Shown: positions 10,571 through 23,597 of the stretch, one piece after another | Position numbering within the stretch: the first letter of the stretch is position 1 | Layout of the letters: each line of letters starts with the position of its first letter | NCBI GenBank assembly: GCA_963809485.1 | Contig: CAWEJX010000006.1 | Location: 64,001 to 128,000, forward strand | Direction of reading: 5' to 3' | Length of the DNA: 64,000 bases | Source of the DNA: an uncultured Acidobacteriota bacterium | GTDB lineage: Bacteria > Acidobacteriota > UBA6911 | Program-made: the position numbers and the translations under genes | The notes under the pieces: model-generated | Database searches by the model: none | Told to the model about the DNA's origin: nothing | What the model saw: the letters and a program-made list of their open reading frames with translations, nothing else

Positions 10571-10765
10571 AGGCGATCTGTTCCTTTATATCCAGGAATC
10601 TATTGCGTTAACAATTATGGCACAGGCGGTTCCCGGTTTCCACATTTCGTGCCGTCGCGGCAGTTGAGTTTTGCAGAAAGCTGTGATTTTGGTCCGCCAT
10701 GCGAACGTTTTTCGGATTCCCATTCCAGGCAGGCGCAAGAAGCCGGAATACACCTCTTTTTTACA

Positions 10766-10992
10766 TAATTCTATTTGTAAACTCCCGGCTCTGCAGGGGG
10801 ACTCATAGAGTTTAGCAGCTCCGTATTTTGAAACGCTGAGATACGCTGACAAAAGCGCTGACAAACGCCGATTTGTTCGGCGAGGGTCGGCTTTTGCCCG
10901 CGTAAGTCAGCGTTCAAAACCGGCGTAACTCCTCCAACCGCTTTGAGCGGTTCCAATCTTTCAAGCCTCCGGCTTTGCCGGAGGTGCCTGAC
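10766..10992 (+). mobile_element. Non-autonomous IS200/IS605-end element (PATE/MITE-like), short form, copy A
   Basis: Left hairpin GTAAACTCCCGGCTCTGCAGGGGGACTC, right AACCGCTTTGAGCGGTT..TCAAGCCTCCGGCTTTGCCGGAGGTGCCTGAC; near-identical to four other copies; no transposase ORF. Confidence 0.8.
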
Positions 10993-11192
10993 TAATTGGC
11001 TCTGTATGCCGAGCGGCGCCTTTGACTTCCGGCTTCTGAGAATGGTTCAGCTATCCTGTTCCCAAAGAAATAGTTAAAACCAGCTGTGCGAGGGGGCGTC
11101 CGGGAAACTGGCGGCTGTTTTTATTTTTGGCTCAAATGACAGGCTGCCCATTAGATATCGGGAAGCAACTCAATTTCACAAAGGAGGTTTCC

Positions 11193-11489
11193 ATGATACC
11201 CAACAAGATCAAGGTGGCTTGTGTAGTGATGTTGTTATTGGGCCTGGCCATAGGGCCTGTTTCCGCGCTGGCTCAAAAATCCGGCCCGGTGTCGACGGAG
11301 AAGGTCAACCTGAATACGGCAACCGTCGAGCAGCTTCAATCTCTTCCCGGGATCGGTCCCTCGATTGCCAAAAGCATTGTGGATCATCGGACCAAAGTGG
11401 GGAAATTCAGCCGCATTGAAGAAGTCATCAATGTGAAAGGCGTCGGGGAGAAGAAGTTTCAGAAAATAAAGGACCGCCTGGTAGTTTAG
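11193..11489 (+). CDS. comEA: ComEA-like helix-hairpin-helix DNA-binding protein
   Basis: AAGGAGG RBS; signal peptide; KVNLNTATVEQLQSLPGIGPSIAKSIV..NVKGVGEKKF. Confidence 0.88.
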   Translation: MIPNKIKVACVVMLLLGLAIGPVSALAQKSGPVSTEKVNLNTATVEQLQSLPGIGPSIAKSIVDHRTKVGKFSRIEEVINVKGVGEKKFQKIKDRLVV

Positions 11490-11498
11490 CGCCTGCGG

Positions 11499-11558
11499 CT
11501 TCGAGTCTTCGAGTCCCGGAGGCCTCCAACCCGGCCTTAAAAGCTCGAAGACTCGAAG
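11499..11558. terminator. Hairpin of 8-mer repeats between convergent comEA and truB
   Basis: CTTCGAGTCTTCGAG ... CTCGAAGACTCGAAG, perfect 15-bp inverted repeat. Confidence 0.55.
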
Positions 11559-11569
11559 ATTTCGCGGAA

Positions 11570-12499
11570 TCAGTTGCCGAATATCAAGTGAGGATGGATC
11601 CGGATCCATTGAGCCGGTTGTGCAACGGGAGGCGAAAATGATTGAATTCGACGGGCCAGGGCAATGAGATCGCCCGATTCATCCAGCATGCGGAATTCCC
11701 CCGATTCCCAATCGGCGCTGAGGAGGTTCAGGTCCATTCCATGAATCAGTTTTTTTCTGTCTCCCTCGGAAATTACTATGGCGGGAATCTCGCGGAGAAG
11801 GTCGCGCATCGGGATAATCCGCGTCAGGAAAAACTCCCGGGGATAAAAGTCCTGGCCCTCACTCAGAGCAACCGCCGCCTCAATCGAAAATTCGCCGCTG
11901 CGAGTCCGCCTCAAACGGACGAGATGGGCGCCGCAGCCATAATCCCTGCCGATGTCATGAGCCAGGCTGCGTGCATAGGTTCCCGTGGTGCAGGCGAGTT
12001 CGAATTCGGCCTCGCAACCATCCACCGCGAGCAGTTTCAGCGATTTGATAGTGACGGCCTTGGTTGCCTGGCCCATATCGATGCCTTTTCGGGCGTAGGA
12101 ATACATGGGCCTGCCCTGGATTTTCTTGGCTGAATAGGGCGGCAGCGTCTGATGAATTGCGCCGAGGTACGCGGCAAAAATTTCCTGAAGCCGGGACATG
12201 TCCAGCTGAGGACGGCATTCGCTTCCGAGCGGCTCGCCGTCCACGTCATAAGTAGTGGTAGCGAAGCCGAAACGCATGACTCCGTGATAGGTCTTATCGG
12301 AGGCAAGAAAATAATTCGTCAGCCGGGTGGCATGGCCGAGAGTGAGGGGAAGAACTCCGGTAGCAAACGGGTCGAGGGTGCCGGTATGTCCCACTTTCTT
12401 GATCTTGGTCAGATTCCGGATCTTGGCCACAACATCGTGTGAAGTCCATCCGGAAGGCTTGTCGATGATCAACACTCCATCCATGCTAACTTTCCTCAT
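11570..12499 (-). CDS. truB: tRNA pseudouridine(55) synthase
   Basis: DKPSGWTSHDVV, KVGHTGTLDPFATGVL, GTYARSLAHDIG. Confidence 0.97.
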   Translation of the reverse strand: MRKVSMDGVLIIDKPSGWTSHDVVAKIRNLTKIKKVGHTGTLDPFATGVLPLTLGHATRLTNYFLASDKTYHGVMRFGFATTTYDVDGEPLGSECRPQLDMSRLQEIFAAYLGAIHQTLPPYSAKKIQGRPMYSYARKGIDMGQATKAVTIKSLKLLAVDGCEAEFELACTTGTYARSLAHDIGRDYGCGAHLVRLRRTRSGEFSIEAAVALSEGQDFYPREFFLTRIIPMRDLLREIPAIVISEGDRKKLIHGMDLNLLSADWESGEFRMLDESGDLIALARRIQSFSPPVAQPAQWIRIHPHLIFGN

Positions 12500-12842
12500 G
12501 CTCCCGGATTTCGTCTATGAGCCGGTCGATGTGTTCGCCATAATCCTGCGAGGTATCGGCCAGAAATACCAGGTCGGGCAGGAATTTCATGCGGATCCTC
12601 TGCCCAAGCTCGTGCCGGATCCAGCCGGACGCATGGTTGAGTGTTTCCAGGCTTTCTTTTTTTTCGCTCTCGGATCCCATTTGTGAGACGTATATCTTTG
12701 CGTGCCTAAGATCGGGCGTCATCTGCACTCCCGTTACGGTCACAAAACCGATTCTTCTATCCTTCATGTCGCGGGAGATCATCAGGCTTACTTCGTGCTG
12801 GACCTGAAGCGCGAGTCTTTGGGGTCTTCGGGATGGCTGCAT
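12486..12842 (-). CDS. rbfA: Ribosome-binding factor A
   Basis: DRRIGFVTVTGV..TPDLRHAKIYVS..PDLVFLADTS; in infB operon. Confidence 0.95.
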   Translation of the reverse strand: MQPSRRPQRLALQVQHEVSLMISRDMKDRRIGFVTVTGVQMTPDLRHAKIYVSQMGSESEKKESLETLNHASGWIRHELGQRIRMKFLPDLVFLADTSQDYGEHIDRLIDEIREHEES

Positions 12843-12850
12843 AAGGGGCT

Positions 12851-13138
12851 CTAGGGATCAATGAATGAAACCTGGCAATCGATCAGGAGGCCTTCGAGCG
12901 TATTCTCAGCCTCATGGACAAATTGCTGGGTGACTCGTTCCAGAACTGCATGGTCGGCGCCTACCGTGACCGCAGCCAGTTTCGCGCGCTGCCACAAGTC
13001 CTGGTAATCGACTTCCGCGATCGAAAAATTCGATCTCGCGCGCAGGCGGTCCTGAGCTTTTCGCAGCACCATCCGCTTTTCTTTAAGCGATTGGGAATAG
13101 GGCAGGAAAAGCTCCAATGTGCAGTAGGCTATCGGCAT
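12851..13138 (-). CDS. DUF503 (YlxP-like) protein
   Basis: SLKEKRMVL, SIAEVDYQDLWQRA; usual position between infB and rbfA. Confidence 0.88.
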   Translation of the reverse strand: MPIAYCTLELFLPYSQSLKEKRMVLRKAQDRLRARSNFSIAEVDYQDLWQRAKLAAVTVGADHAVLERVTQQFVHEAENTLEGLLIDCQVSFIDP

Positions 13139-13142
13139 TTTC

Positions 13143-13218
13143 AAATTACGAATTACGAATTACGAATGACGAAGGACGTTTTCTGTCAAATTCCTAACTC
13201 GTAATTCGTCATTCGTAA

Positions 13219-13220
<2 letters not shown>
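13143..13220. repeat. Heptamer-repeat hairpin filling the infB-DUF503 spacer
   Basis: aattacgaattacgaattacgaatgacgaa ... ctcgtaattcgtcattcgtaatt. Confidence 0.85.
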
Positions 13221-15930
<2,710 letters not shown>

Positions 15931-16065
15931 TTGCGCAAAGACCTCTGCCAAGTTTATCTTCGGGCTTGGCTCATCGGAGCCAAATAACAGATCTTAAATC
16001 AATACTGCTATCGTTTGCAACCGCGGGATTTTGCTCTTCAGGAGCTTAGGAAGGCGTTTCGGCTT

Positions 16066-17559
16066 TCATTCCCGGCTATTCTCATCCTCGGCCGCATCGG
16101 TATCGGGAGCATCCTCCGGGGCCTGGGAGTCTTTTCCCGCTGCCTGTTCTTCCTCGGCTGCAGCACTGCCGGATACGGAATCGTTACCGGCGGGCTCTGT
16201 CGCGGTTGCGGAGCTGCCCTCTTCAACGTTTTCTTCTTCTCCAGGGGCGTTTGCCTTGATAGCGGTAGGCAAATCCATTCCCTCGGGGACCTCAATCTCC
16301 ACTTCTTCAAAAAGATCCCGGGCCGCTTCCATAATCTTGGCTGCGGTTTTATCCCCAATCCCCTGAATTTCCATGAGCTTTCCCTCTCCCAATTCGAGGA
16401 TGCGCTCGACATTCTCGATCCCGGCCTCGCGCATTCGCTCGATAAGCCGGTCGCTGATGCCCTCCAGTTCCGTCAGGGAAGTGGAGGATGAAGTCAGGGA
16501 TTCCATAACGCTGAGCACTTCCTGCTTTTTCTGCTCTTCGCTCTTGACGTCTATCTGCCATCCGATGAGTCTCGAGGCCAGACGCACATTCTGGCCTTTC
16601 TTGCCGATAGCCAGGGATTGCTGCTTTTCCTCGACGATTACTTCCATCCGCTTTTCGGACGGATCTATGATTAAAACCTTGGATATCTTCGCCGGATTCA
16701 GCGCATTGGCTGCGTACTGCGCCGCGTCCTCGGACCACTGCACGATGTCGATCTTTTCTCCGCGCAGTTCCCGTATAATCGAATTGATGCGGGAGCCTTT
16801 CATGCCCACGCATGCCCCGACCGGGTCCACATCCCGGTCCAGTGAAGCCACGGCAACCTTGGCACGGTCGCCCGGCTCGTGGACGGCGCTTTTTACCACG
16901 ATGGTGCCGTCATAAATTTCCGGGATTTCCATTTCGAAAAGACGAATGAGCAACTGGGGATCGGTGCGGGAAAGAATGACCTGAGGGCCTTTGGCAACCG
17001 GAAGAACTTTGACGATCACGGCGCGGATCCGTTCGCCCTGCTTGTAGGTTTCCGCTCTCGACTGCTCACGGAGAGGAAGAAGGGCTTCGGTCTTCCCGAT
17101 ATCCACGATGATGTCCGGCCCCTCGAACCGCTTGGCGACGCCGTTAACCATTTCGCCGATTTTCTGTGAATATTCGCTGAAAATATTCTGACGTTCGGCT
17201 TCCCGGACCTTCTGCAAAATGACCTGCTTGGCTGTTTGAGCCGCTATTCTGCCCAATACGTCCGTAGCTTTCGGTATCTCGACCGTATCATCGATTTCCA
17301 GAGTTTCATCGATTTCTTTGGCTTCGCTCAGCGATATCTCCAGGCTCGGATTTTCAACGGTTTCAACCACGCGCCGGACCGCGAAGATTTCCACCATGCC
17401 GGTCTCAGGATCAAAGCGCGCATTGATGTCCTCGTTCGTTTTGTAGAACTTCCTGGAAGCAGCCACCATTGCGTCTTCCAATGCGCTGATGATGATTTTG
17501 GGATCGACGTTTTTTTCTTTGCTTATCTGTTCGATCGTTTGCGCAATTATATTCGACAT
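16066..17559 (-). CDS. nusA: Transcription termination/antitermination factor NusA with C-terminal HhH and acidic extension
   Basis: GRIAAQTAKQVI, S1/KH motifs (DPVGACVGMKGSRI, AIGKKGQNVRLAS). Confidence 0.97.
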   Translation of the reverse strand: MSNIIAQTIEQISKEKNVDPKIIISALEDAMVAASRKFYKTNEDINARFDPETGMVEIFAVRRVVETVENPSLEISLSEAKEIDETLEIDDTVEIPKATDVLGRIAAQTAKQVILQKVREAERQNIFSEYSQKIGEMVNGVAKRFEGPDIIVDIGKTEALLPLREQSRAETYKQGERIRAVIVKVLPVAKGPQVILSRTDPQLLIRLFEMEIPEIYDGTIVVKSAVHEPGDRAKVAVASLDRDVDPVGACVGMKGSRINSIIRELRGEKIDIVQWSEDAAQYAANALNPAKISKVLIIDPSEKRMEVIVEEKQQSLAIGKKGQNVRLASRLIGWQIDVKSEEQKKQEVLSVMESLTSSSTSLTELEGISDRLIERMREAGIENVERILELGEGKLMEIQGIGDKTAAKIMEAARDLFEEVEIEVPEGMDLPTAIKANAPGEEENVEEGSSATATEPAGNDSVSGSAAAEEEQAAGKDSQAPEDAPDTDAAEDENSRE

Positions 17560-17562
17560 ATC

Positions 17563-18066
17563 TCAGGACCCCTGAGGCCTCATGCTTAAATCAGCTATCA
17601 AGCTGGCCTTTTCGATGTCCGCCAATGCGATTTCAACCTGTTTGCCCGGGGCGATTTCAAGTTTTATGCGGCCCTCGAACACCCCTGCAATCCTGCCCTT
17701 GAAATTTTGCTGACCTTCCAGCGGATACCGCGTTCGCAACCTGGCGTTCTTGCCACTGAATCGAACGTAATCCGCCTCTTTTACCAGCGGCCGGTTAACG
17801 CCCGGCGAGGAAACCTCCAAAACGTAGCTGAACGGTATCCAATCCTCCACGTCCAGCGTTACGGAAAACCGTCGGCTGAATCGCTCACAATCGTCCAGGG
17901 TTATACCGGAAGGCTGATCGATATACGTCCGGACGACAGAATGATTCCCATCTCCTTTGATTTCAACGAGAACCACTTCCATCCCCATTGCCGAGGCAAC
18001 CTGCTCGGCCAATCCGGAAACCCGGCTTATCAGGGATTCCCGCTGATTCGGATCCGACACTGCCAT
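17563..18066 (-). CDS. rimP: Ribosome maturation factor RimP
   Basis: GITLDDCERFSR, YVLEVSSPGVNRPL; first gene of the nusA-infB operon. Confidence 0.95.
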   Translation of the reverse strand: MAVSDPNQRESLISRVSGLAEQVASAMGMEVVLVEIKGDGNHSVVRTYIDQPSGITLDDCERFSRRFSVTLDVEDWIPFSYVLEVSSPGVNRPLVKEADYVRFSGKNARLRTRYPLEGQQNFKGRIAGVFEGRIKLEIAPGKQVEIALADIEKASLIADLSMRPQGS

Positions 18067-18084
18067 TTTGAACCCTAAACAAAA

Positions 18085-18106
18085 AAAGTGGGCACACGCC
18101 CACTTT
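18085..18106 (-). promoter_or_regulatory. rimP leader hairpin
   Basis: AAAGTGGGC-acac-GCCCACTTT with a U-rich tail on the minus strand just upstream of the rimP start. Confidence 0.6.
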
Positions 18107-18170
18107 GTACAAAAGCAGCATTGGGAAGTATACCGGACGCGGGGGCAAATAGCAACTCCCCCCAATCCGT

Positions 18171-18389
18171 TAGGAAAATCCCCTGGCTCTGCCGGTGAGG
18201 CAGTGGAAGCTTGACGAATACAGAAGTCGTTGGGCGATGTGTTTCAATTGTGACTTGCCCAAAAGGGGTCCGCGCAGCAGCAGTATGGCTAGCGGGGTCG
18301 CAGTCGAAATCGGGAAACGAAAAGCTGTATCGATACCAGTGAGGAGCTCAAAAGCTATGGCCTCCGGGTCTGCCGGAGAGTGGCTGACT
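18171..18389 (+). mobile_element. Degenerate IS200/IS605-end-bounded element (second subfamily)
   Basis: Left GGAAAATCCCCTGGCTCTGCCGGTGAGGCAGTGGAAGCTTGAC, right GCCTCCGGGTCTGCCGGAGAGTGGCTGAC; ends resemble the main family, interior differs. Confidence 0.5.
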
Positions 18390-18481
18390 GAGCTATGAAC
18401 TATCTGTTTGTTTTGATTGCTGCTGCGGCGGGTACCGCGGGATTTGCATAAACGGCCTTTTTCAAGTCGCGAGTCCCGGAA

Positions 18482-19921
18482 TTACTTTTTGGGAACCGCT
18501 GCGGCGGCAGGCGGTTCAGTCAGGTCCGCTTCGCCCTTATCCAGCTTCTCATAGCTTTCAGGATCGGCCACCTTGATAGAAGGATCCCCTTTAAGCTGTG
18601 CGTAAAAGCCTTCCCTGGCTGCCTTGCCCAGAGTGCATTCCACGGTCACGGTGCTCCCTTGTTTGAGGACCACGCGAATCGCGGGTTTGTCCAAACCATA
18701 GACCGAAAAAGCCGAGGGATTGTCAATCAGCTTTTTGACCGGCTTTTCCATGGCATCCAGGATTCCGTTGACGGCATCCCATTTGGCCTTCTTTCCTTTA
18801 TCGCCAAGGAACCATTCTCCGCCTCTTTTGTTGAAATCGAAACTTCCTTTGGAATTGGATAAATATATGGAATCGATATCCCAGCGCTGGAATGACGCAA
18901 GAGCCTTGTCGCGCAAATCATCGGCTGTCTTGAGAAGCTTGTCGACGACGTCCTTGTCCACAAAGAAGAGATCCGCCCGCGATTCGTCTTTTGCCAGGTA
19001 AAGCTGCGAGGAAGACAGCTCTGCGCCGGATGCTTCCGCTGGCGTGCCCTCCTGCGCGATTTCCTTGCCGCCCTTTTTGACAATAGCCGCTTTGGGCGAA
19101 CCGATGACAAGGCGCTTGATGGCTTTGTTTTTGCCATAGGCGACGCTCGCTTCCACGAGCGCTTTTTCCAGGCCGAGATTTGTGTAGTCAGCCGCTTCTC
19201 CGGCCAAAAACTCTTTGATTCTGCCCAGGGAAAGCGCGTTCAGGATACCCCGTACCAGGGGGGAATCGGCAGCGACCCGGTGAGTGCCCTCGATCCACCA
19301 CCGGTCATTGCTGTCCTTCACAAGATTGAGATCCCCTTTGGAACTTTTCAGGTTCAGGGACTGCGCTTCAGGCTGATCGAAGCTCAGGACCGTATGATTT
19401 CTCAGATCATCCAGCTTCTTGTCCAAGGCGCTTGCCGCAGCAGCGGACACTAAATATACGGTTTTAGAGCCGGGGATAGCGGCATAGGTTGAATTGCCGG
19501 TTGGATTGTTGTTGCCGAAGTCTATAGCGTATGCTTTGCCCTCTTTTGTTTTGAATTTCAAACTGAACCTGGCAGGACTCAATCCGAACTTCGCCGGGTC
19601 CGATACGTTGGGATCCAGGACGGAATCACGCTGGAGGCTCGAAGCCGAGCCGGCCAGGCGGCTAAGCTCGTCGGAGTCCGCATCCAGGGACCGGGGCGCG
19701 GTGATAGCCCAGTCTGTTTCCCCTTTTCTTGCCGAGGAGATATGCTGATTTGAGGAAATCAAGTCAATCTGGCGGATATCCTTGGCTTCAAGTTTCCAGA
19801 ATTGTTTTTCCGCCTGCTCTTCTTTTTCGCGCTGCTTGCCCCCCTTGATTTCATAAAAGTAAAGGAAGCTTCCAAGGGCCAGGCAGGCTATCAGCAACAC
19901 TAAGGTTCCTTTGAAACGCAT
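18482..19921 (-). CDS. DUF4340 domain protein
   Basis: N-terminal TM, repeated modules (FGLSPA, YGLDKP, DDLRNH/DDLRDK); downstream of a GldG-type gene. Confidence 0.8.
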   Translation of the reverse strand: MRFKGTLVLLIACLALGSFLYFYEIKGGKQREKEEQAEKQFWKLEAKDIRQIDLISSNQHISSARKGETDWAITAPRSLDADSDELSRLAGSASSLQRDSVLDPNVSDPAKFGLSPARFSLKFKTKEGKAYAIDFGNNNPTGNSTYAAIPGSKTVYLVSAAAASALDKKLDDLRNHTVLSFDQPEAQSLNLKSSKGDLNLVKDSNDRWWIEGTHRVAADSPLVRGILNALSLGRIKEFLAGEAADYTNLGLEKALVEASVAYGKNKAIKRLVIGSPKAAIVKKGGKEIAQEGTPAEASGAELSSSQLYLAKDESRADLFFVDKDVVDKLLKTADDLRDKALASFQRWDIDSIYLSNSKGSFDFNKRGGEWFLGDKGKKAKWDAVNGILDAMEKPVKKLIDNPSAFSVYGLDKPAIRVVLKQGSTVTVECTLGKAAREGFYAQLKGDPSIKVADPESYEKLDKGEADLTEPPAAAAVPKK

Positions 19922-19922
19922 C

Positions 19923-21512
19923 CTATTTCCTCCGGCGGTTCCAGACGACGGCGATTCCTGCTATGAGAGCGATGCCGGGCAGCAGAAACATGCAGATCAG
20001 GCGCAGCATCGCCAGCTGGCTTTGAGACAAAAGTATCCGGCGGTCTTGCGTGGATTTTGGCCGGATCGAGATCAGGTCCTCGTCCTGGGCCAGCCAACTG
20101 ACCATGTTCAGGAACAGGTTGCCGTTGCCCTGTTCGCCGAAGTACGCATTGACGGGGAAAGAGGATGTTCCCGCCACTACCATCCGGGACCGTGTGGCGG
20201 AGGTTTTGTCCGAGGCCGGTTTGATTTCTCTGGTGACCGCCACGGCGAGCGAAAGAGGTCCCTTCGTATCTTTGGCTGCGTTGAAGGAGGCTTCACCGCT
20301 TTCGAGGTTCGTCTCGCCCCAGCTGTCGGGATTGCTCTTGAACAAAGTCTCTACGGTTGTGCCGGACGCGATAGTCTTTGCGGGCTGAACAGATCGCGTG
20401 TACGGGAAAAACGTCATCGCCTTGAATTTGTCGGTGATCTTGTGATTCTCGTAGTTGAGAACCAGCGGAATGCTCGGGCCGGCTCCCATGAGACGGCCGG
20501 CGCCGCTGACGTCGAGGACAATGTTGTTGTCAATCTGCACTCCCCAGCTTTGGACGAACGACTGGAGCGATGGGGCAGGGGGAGGATCCGCAAGCAGAAG
20601 CAATCCGCCGGAACCTTTGTTCAGGAACTCGCCGATGAAGCGGAGTTCTTCAGGGAAAGGCTCCGTTTGGGGTCCTGCCAGGATAAGGACTTTTGCGTCC
20701 GCCGGAACCTTGCCCTCGCTGGCAAGGTTCACGCTCTCAACTTTGTATCCCTGGTTTTCCAGGTTTTTCCTGGCGTCCGAATAGCCCGCACGTTCGGTAT
20801 CGGAGGGATCCTTTTCTCCGTGACCCTGCACAAAATAGATCTTCTTGGCTTCAGACCTTCCGGCTTTGATGATGGCGTTGGTCAGATCCTCTTCGGTAAC
20901 TTCCTCCGAACGCTTTTCTATCTTTTCCCTGCGGTCGCCCTGAGTCACGACCACAGACCCGAATTTCAGCTGGCTGTTGGTAAAGGGATTCTGAAAGGTG
21001 CCGTAAACCGTGACATCGTATCGCTTGGCGACATCCGGCTGTCTGTCGGGATCGACGAATTCATACCGAATGTGGGGACTGGCTGCCCTATACTCGACAA
21101 GCAATTCCTTGAGAGGAGCGTAATCTCCGCCCGGGAAGAATGCCTTGATTTCGACATCCCGGTTCAGGTTCCCGAGTATTTGTGTCGTTTGCGGAGCCAG
21201 GGTGTACTGGCCGACTCCGGTTGTATCAAACCGTTTGGGATGCCTGTTGCCCAGGTAGTTCAGGCCCGAAACCACCGCAATAACAAGAATCAGAGAGATC
21301 ACGTAATTGCTGGCATACTTGGTGGATCGCTTCCCCAGAGATGCCAGGATCTGCCTGTAATTGGCGGCGACGCCGACGACGACCAGCACCGCACCGGCGA
21401 TCGCGAGGCCCAGATTCCATTTGTCCCAGATATTCGTTACCGAATACCAGATCACCGCGGCTACCAGGAGCAGCAGGCCTATAGTGTCAAGCTTCTGTAG
21501 ATATTTTTTCAT
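19923..21512 (-). CDS. GldG-family ABC auxiliary/substrate-binding component
   Basis: N-terminal TMs, RFDTT..YTLAPQT, EFVDPD, IYFVQGHGEK, GNGNLFLNMVSWL, C-terminal TM ending NRRRK. Confidence 0.85.
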   Translation of the reverse strand: MKKYLQKLDTIGLLLLVAAVIWYSVTNIWDKWNLGLAIAGAVLVVVGVAANYRQILASLGKRSTKYASNYVISLILVIAVVSGLNYLGNRHPKRFDTTGVGQYTLAPQTTQILGNLNRDVEIKAFFPGGDYAPLKELLVEYRAASPHIRYEFVDPDRQPDVAKRYDVTVYGTFQNPFTNSQLKFGSVVVTQGDRREKIEKRSEEVTEEDLTNAIIKAGRSEAKKIYFVQGHGEKDPSDTERAGYSDARKNLENQGYKVESVNLASEGKVPADAKVLILAGPQTEPFPEELRFIGEFLNKGSGGLLLLADPPPAPSLQSFVQSWGVQIDNNIVLDVSGAGRLMGAGPSIPLVLNYENHKITDKFKAMTFFPYTRSVQPAKTIASGTTVETLFKSNPDSWGETNLESGEASFNAAKDTKGPLSLAVAVTREIKPASDKTSATRSRMVVAGTSSFPVNAYFGEQGNGNLFLNMVSWLAQDEDLISIRPKSTQDRRILLSQSQLAMLRLICMFLLPGIALIAGIAVVWNRRRK

Positions 21513-22282
21513 TAGCCTTTCCACCGCATGGACTCAAGAGAGCGATATGTAAGAAAAAGCCCGACAAAAGCAAACGTCACATAGTAGATGACGTGCGAGG
21601 TGTCTATGACGCCTTTGATGAAATCCTCGAGATGGCCGATTACGGACAGATAGCTTATTACATTCTTGGCCACGCCCACGGTTGAGCCCGACAACGATTC
21701 GATCAGCCAGAGAACAAGGCTCACGCCGAAGGTAATTACCACGGCTACAATCTGGTTTTCCGTGAGGGTTGAAATGAAAAGCCCTATGGCCAGAAGCGCC
21801 GCGCCGTAAAGATACATCCCAAGGTAGCCCGAAAGAATCGGTTTCCAGTCCGGCTGGCCGTAAATGAAAAGCGGGGAGATGGTGATCGCGCTGGCCACGA
21901 ACAGGATCAAAAGGAAAGTCAGGCTGGCGAGGTATTTTCCCAGCAGGGCCTGCAGGTTGCCAACCGGCGTTGTGAGCAGAAGCTCAATGGTTCCGCGTTT
22001 CCTTTCTTCCGAGAAAAGCCCCATGCTCAGCATGGGCACGATGAAAAGCAGGACGACGCTGGTTGTCTGAAACAGAGCCCGGGTCACGATTCCGGGGACA
22101 TCGTATGCCTGTGAACCCTGGCCAAACTGAGACTGCGTCATGATGGCCTGGACAACCGAAGAGAGAATTGAGAAGAAAAAGAAACCGGAGAGGAAGAGAA
22201 AAACGGTCAACACGACATAAGCAATCGGCGAGGCGAAATAGCTCTTCATTTCACGCTGCCAGATCGCCAGTATATTTTGCAT
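21512..22282 (-). CDS. GldF-family ABC-2 permease
   Basis: REMKSYFASPIAYVV, SEERKRGTIELLLTTP, LTENQIVA. Confidence 0.9.
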   Translation of the reverse strand: MQNILAIWQREMKSYFASPIAYVVLTVFLFLSGFFFFSILSSVVQAIMTQSQFGQGSQAYDVPGIVTRALFQTTSVVLLFIVPMLSMGLFSEERKRGTIELLLTTPVGNLQALLGKYLASLTFLLILFVASAITISPLFIYGQPDWKPILSGYLGMYLYGAALLAIGLFISTLTENQIVAVVITFGVSLVLWLIESLSGSTVGVAKNVISYLSVIGHLEDFIKGVIDTSHVIYYVTFAFVGLFLTYRSLESMRWKG

Positions 22283-22568
22283 ATCGGGCCTCTATAGCAT
22301 TTATTCGGATCGTTGCACGTATTCTTCCGGATCCCCGCATGAGCTGCGAGAAGCCGCAGGCCAGGAGCAGGAGGCAGAAGCCTTCATGAACTCATGTTCC
22401 ACGCGGTCTGGATGCATAAACCTTCGCACGGATTGCAGCCTGGGGGGAACTGGCCCGCGCAGCACACCGGCTTCCGGCTCCCCATTTCTGGATCCATCGG
22501 CGCTTATTCCTCATGAGGAAACACGCATCCGCCGCTCAAGCTTCATCCGGTCAACCAATCGTTGTCAA

Positions 22569-23510
22569 TTACTCCTGGGTAATCAGGTTGATAAAAACAT
22601 CTTCCAGGCTCAGCGAGACACCGCGCAATTCGAGCAATCCCCATCCCTGGTTGATCACGGCCGCCGCCAGCACACCGCGAAGATCACTGTTTAAGCGGCA
22701 TTCAACGTTGAACTGGGAGGAGCTGCCCTGAGTTCCCGCCGACGCCTGTACGCTCAGCACTCCGTCTATGGTTAGAAATTTGTCACGGACCGCTTCCATC
22801 GGGCCGTCGACCGTCAAGGATATTCTCTCGGCCCCTTTCATCTGATGAGCCAGGCCTTCGGGCGTATCCATGGCCACAACTTTGCCTTTGTTGATGATGA
22901 CGACGCGATTGCAGGTCATACTCACTTCGGGCAGGATGTGCGTTGAAAGTATCACCGTATGAGCGGCGCCGAGGCTTTTGATCAATGACCGGACCTCGTG
23001 GATCTGTTTCGGGTCCAGACCGAGCGTGGGTTCGTCAAGAATCAGGACTTCGGGATTATTCAGCAGAGCCTGGGCCAGGCCGACACGCTGCTTATAGCCT
23101 TTCGAAAGTCTGCCTATGATTCGCTTGCGAACATCACCCAGGTTGCATTGGCCGATCGCTTCATCCACCTGATGCTTGCGCTGGCTGGAACGAGTTCCCT
23201 TTATCTTGGCCACGAAGTTCAGGTAGCCGTCTACGGTCATCTCGGTATACAAAGGCGGATTTTCCGGCAGATAACCAATGCGCTTGCGAACCTCTATGCT
23301 TTCATCGAATACATCGTATCCGGCAACCCTTGCCGTTCCCTCAGTCGAGGGCATATAGCAGGTCAGGATGCGCATGGTGGTGGTTTTCCCGGCTCCATTC
23401 GGGCCCAGAAATCCAAGAATTTCGCCCCTTTCCACCTTGAACGAGATATCATCCACTGCCTTGCGGCCACTGTAAGCCTTGCTGACATGTTCTACTTCGA
23501 TCACGCTCAT
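22569..23510 (-). CDS. GldA-family ABC ATP-binding protein
   Basis: GPNGAGKTT, LSKGYKQRVG, ILDEPT, STHIL. Confidence 0.93.
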   Translation of the reverse strand: MSVIEVEHVSKAYSGRKAVDDISFKVERGEILGFLGPNGAGKTTTMRILTCYMPSTEGTARVAGYDVFDESIEVRKRIGYLPENPPLYTEMTVDGYLNFVAKIKGTRSSQRKHQVDEAIGQCNLGDVRKRIIGRLSKGYKQRVGLAQALLNNPEVLILDEPTLGLDPKQIHEVRSLIKSLGAAHTVILSTHILPEVSMTCNRVVIINKGKVVAMDTPEGLAHQMKGAERISLTVDGPMEAVRDKFLTIDGVLSVQASAGTQGSSSQFNVECRLNSDLRGVLAAAVINQGWGLLELRGVSLSLEDVFINLITQE

Positions 23511-23597
23511 TCCTCCCGGAGACGGCTTGGCGAATATGGATTTTTAAAGGTTTCCATAATAGTTAAATCCAGAGGATGAGTCAATTGGCCCGATTCG

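Noticed and set aside
18482-23510. GldAFG-like genes as evidence of gliding motility
   Set aside because: This ABC/DUF4340 module is widespread in non-gliding bacteria and no other gld or spr genes are present.
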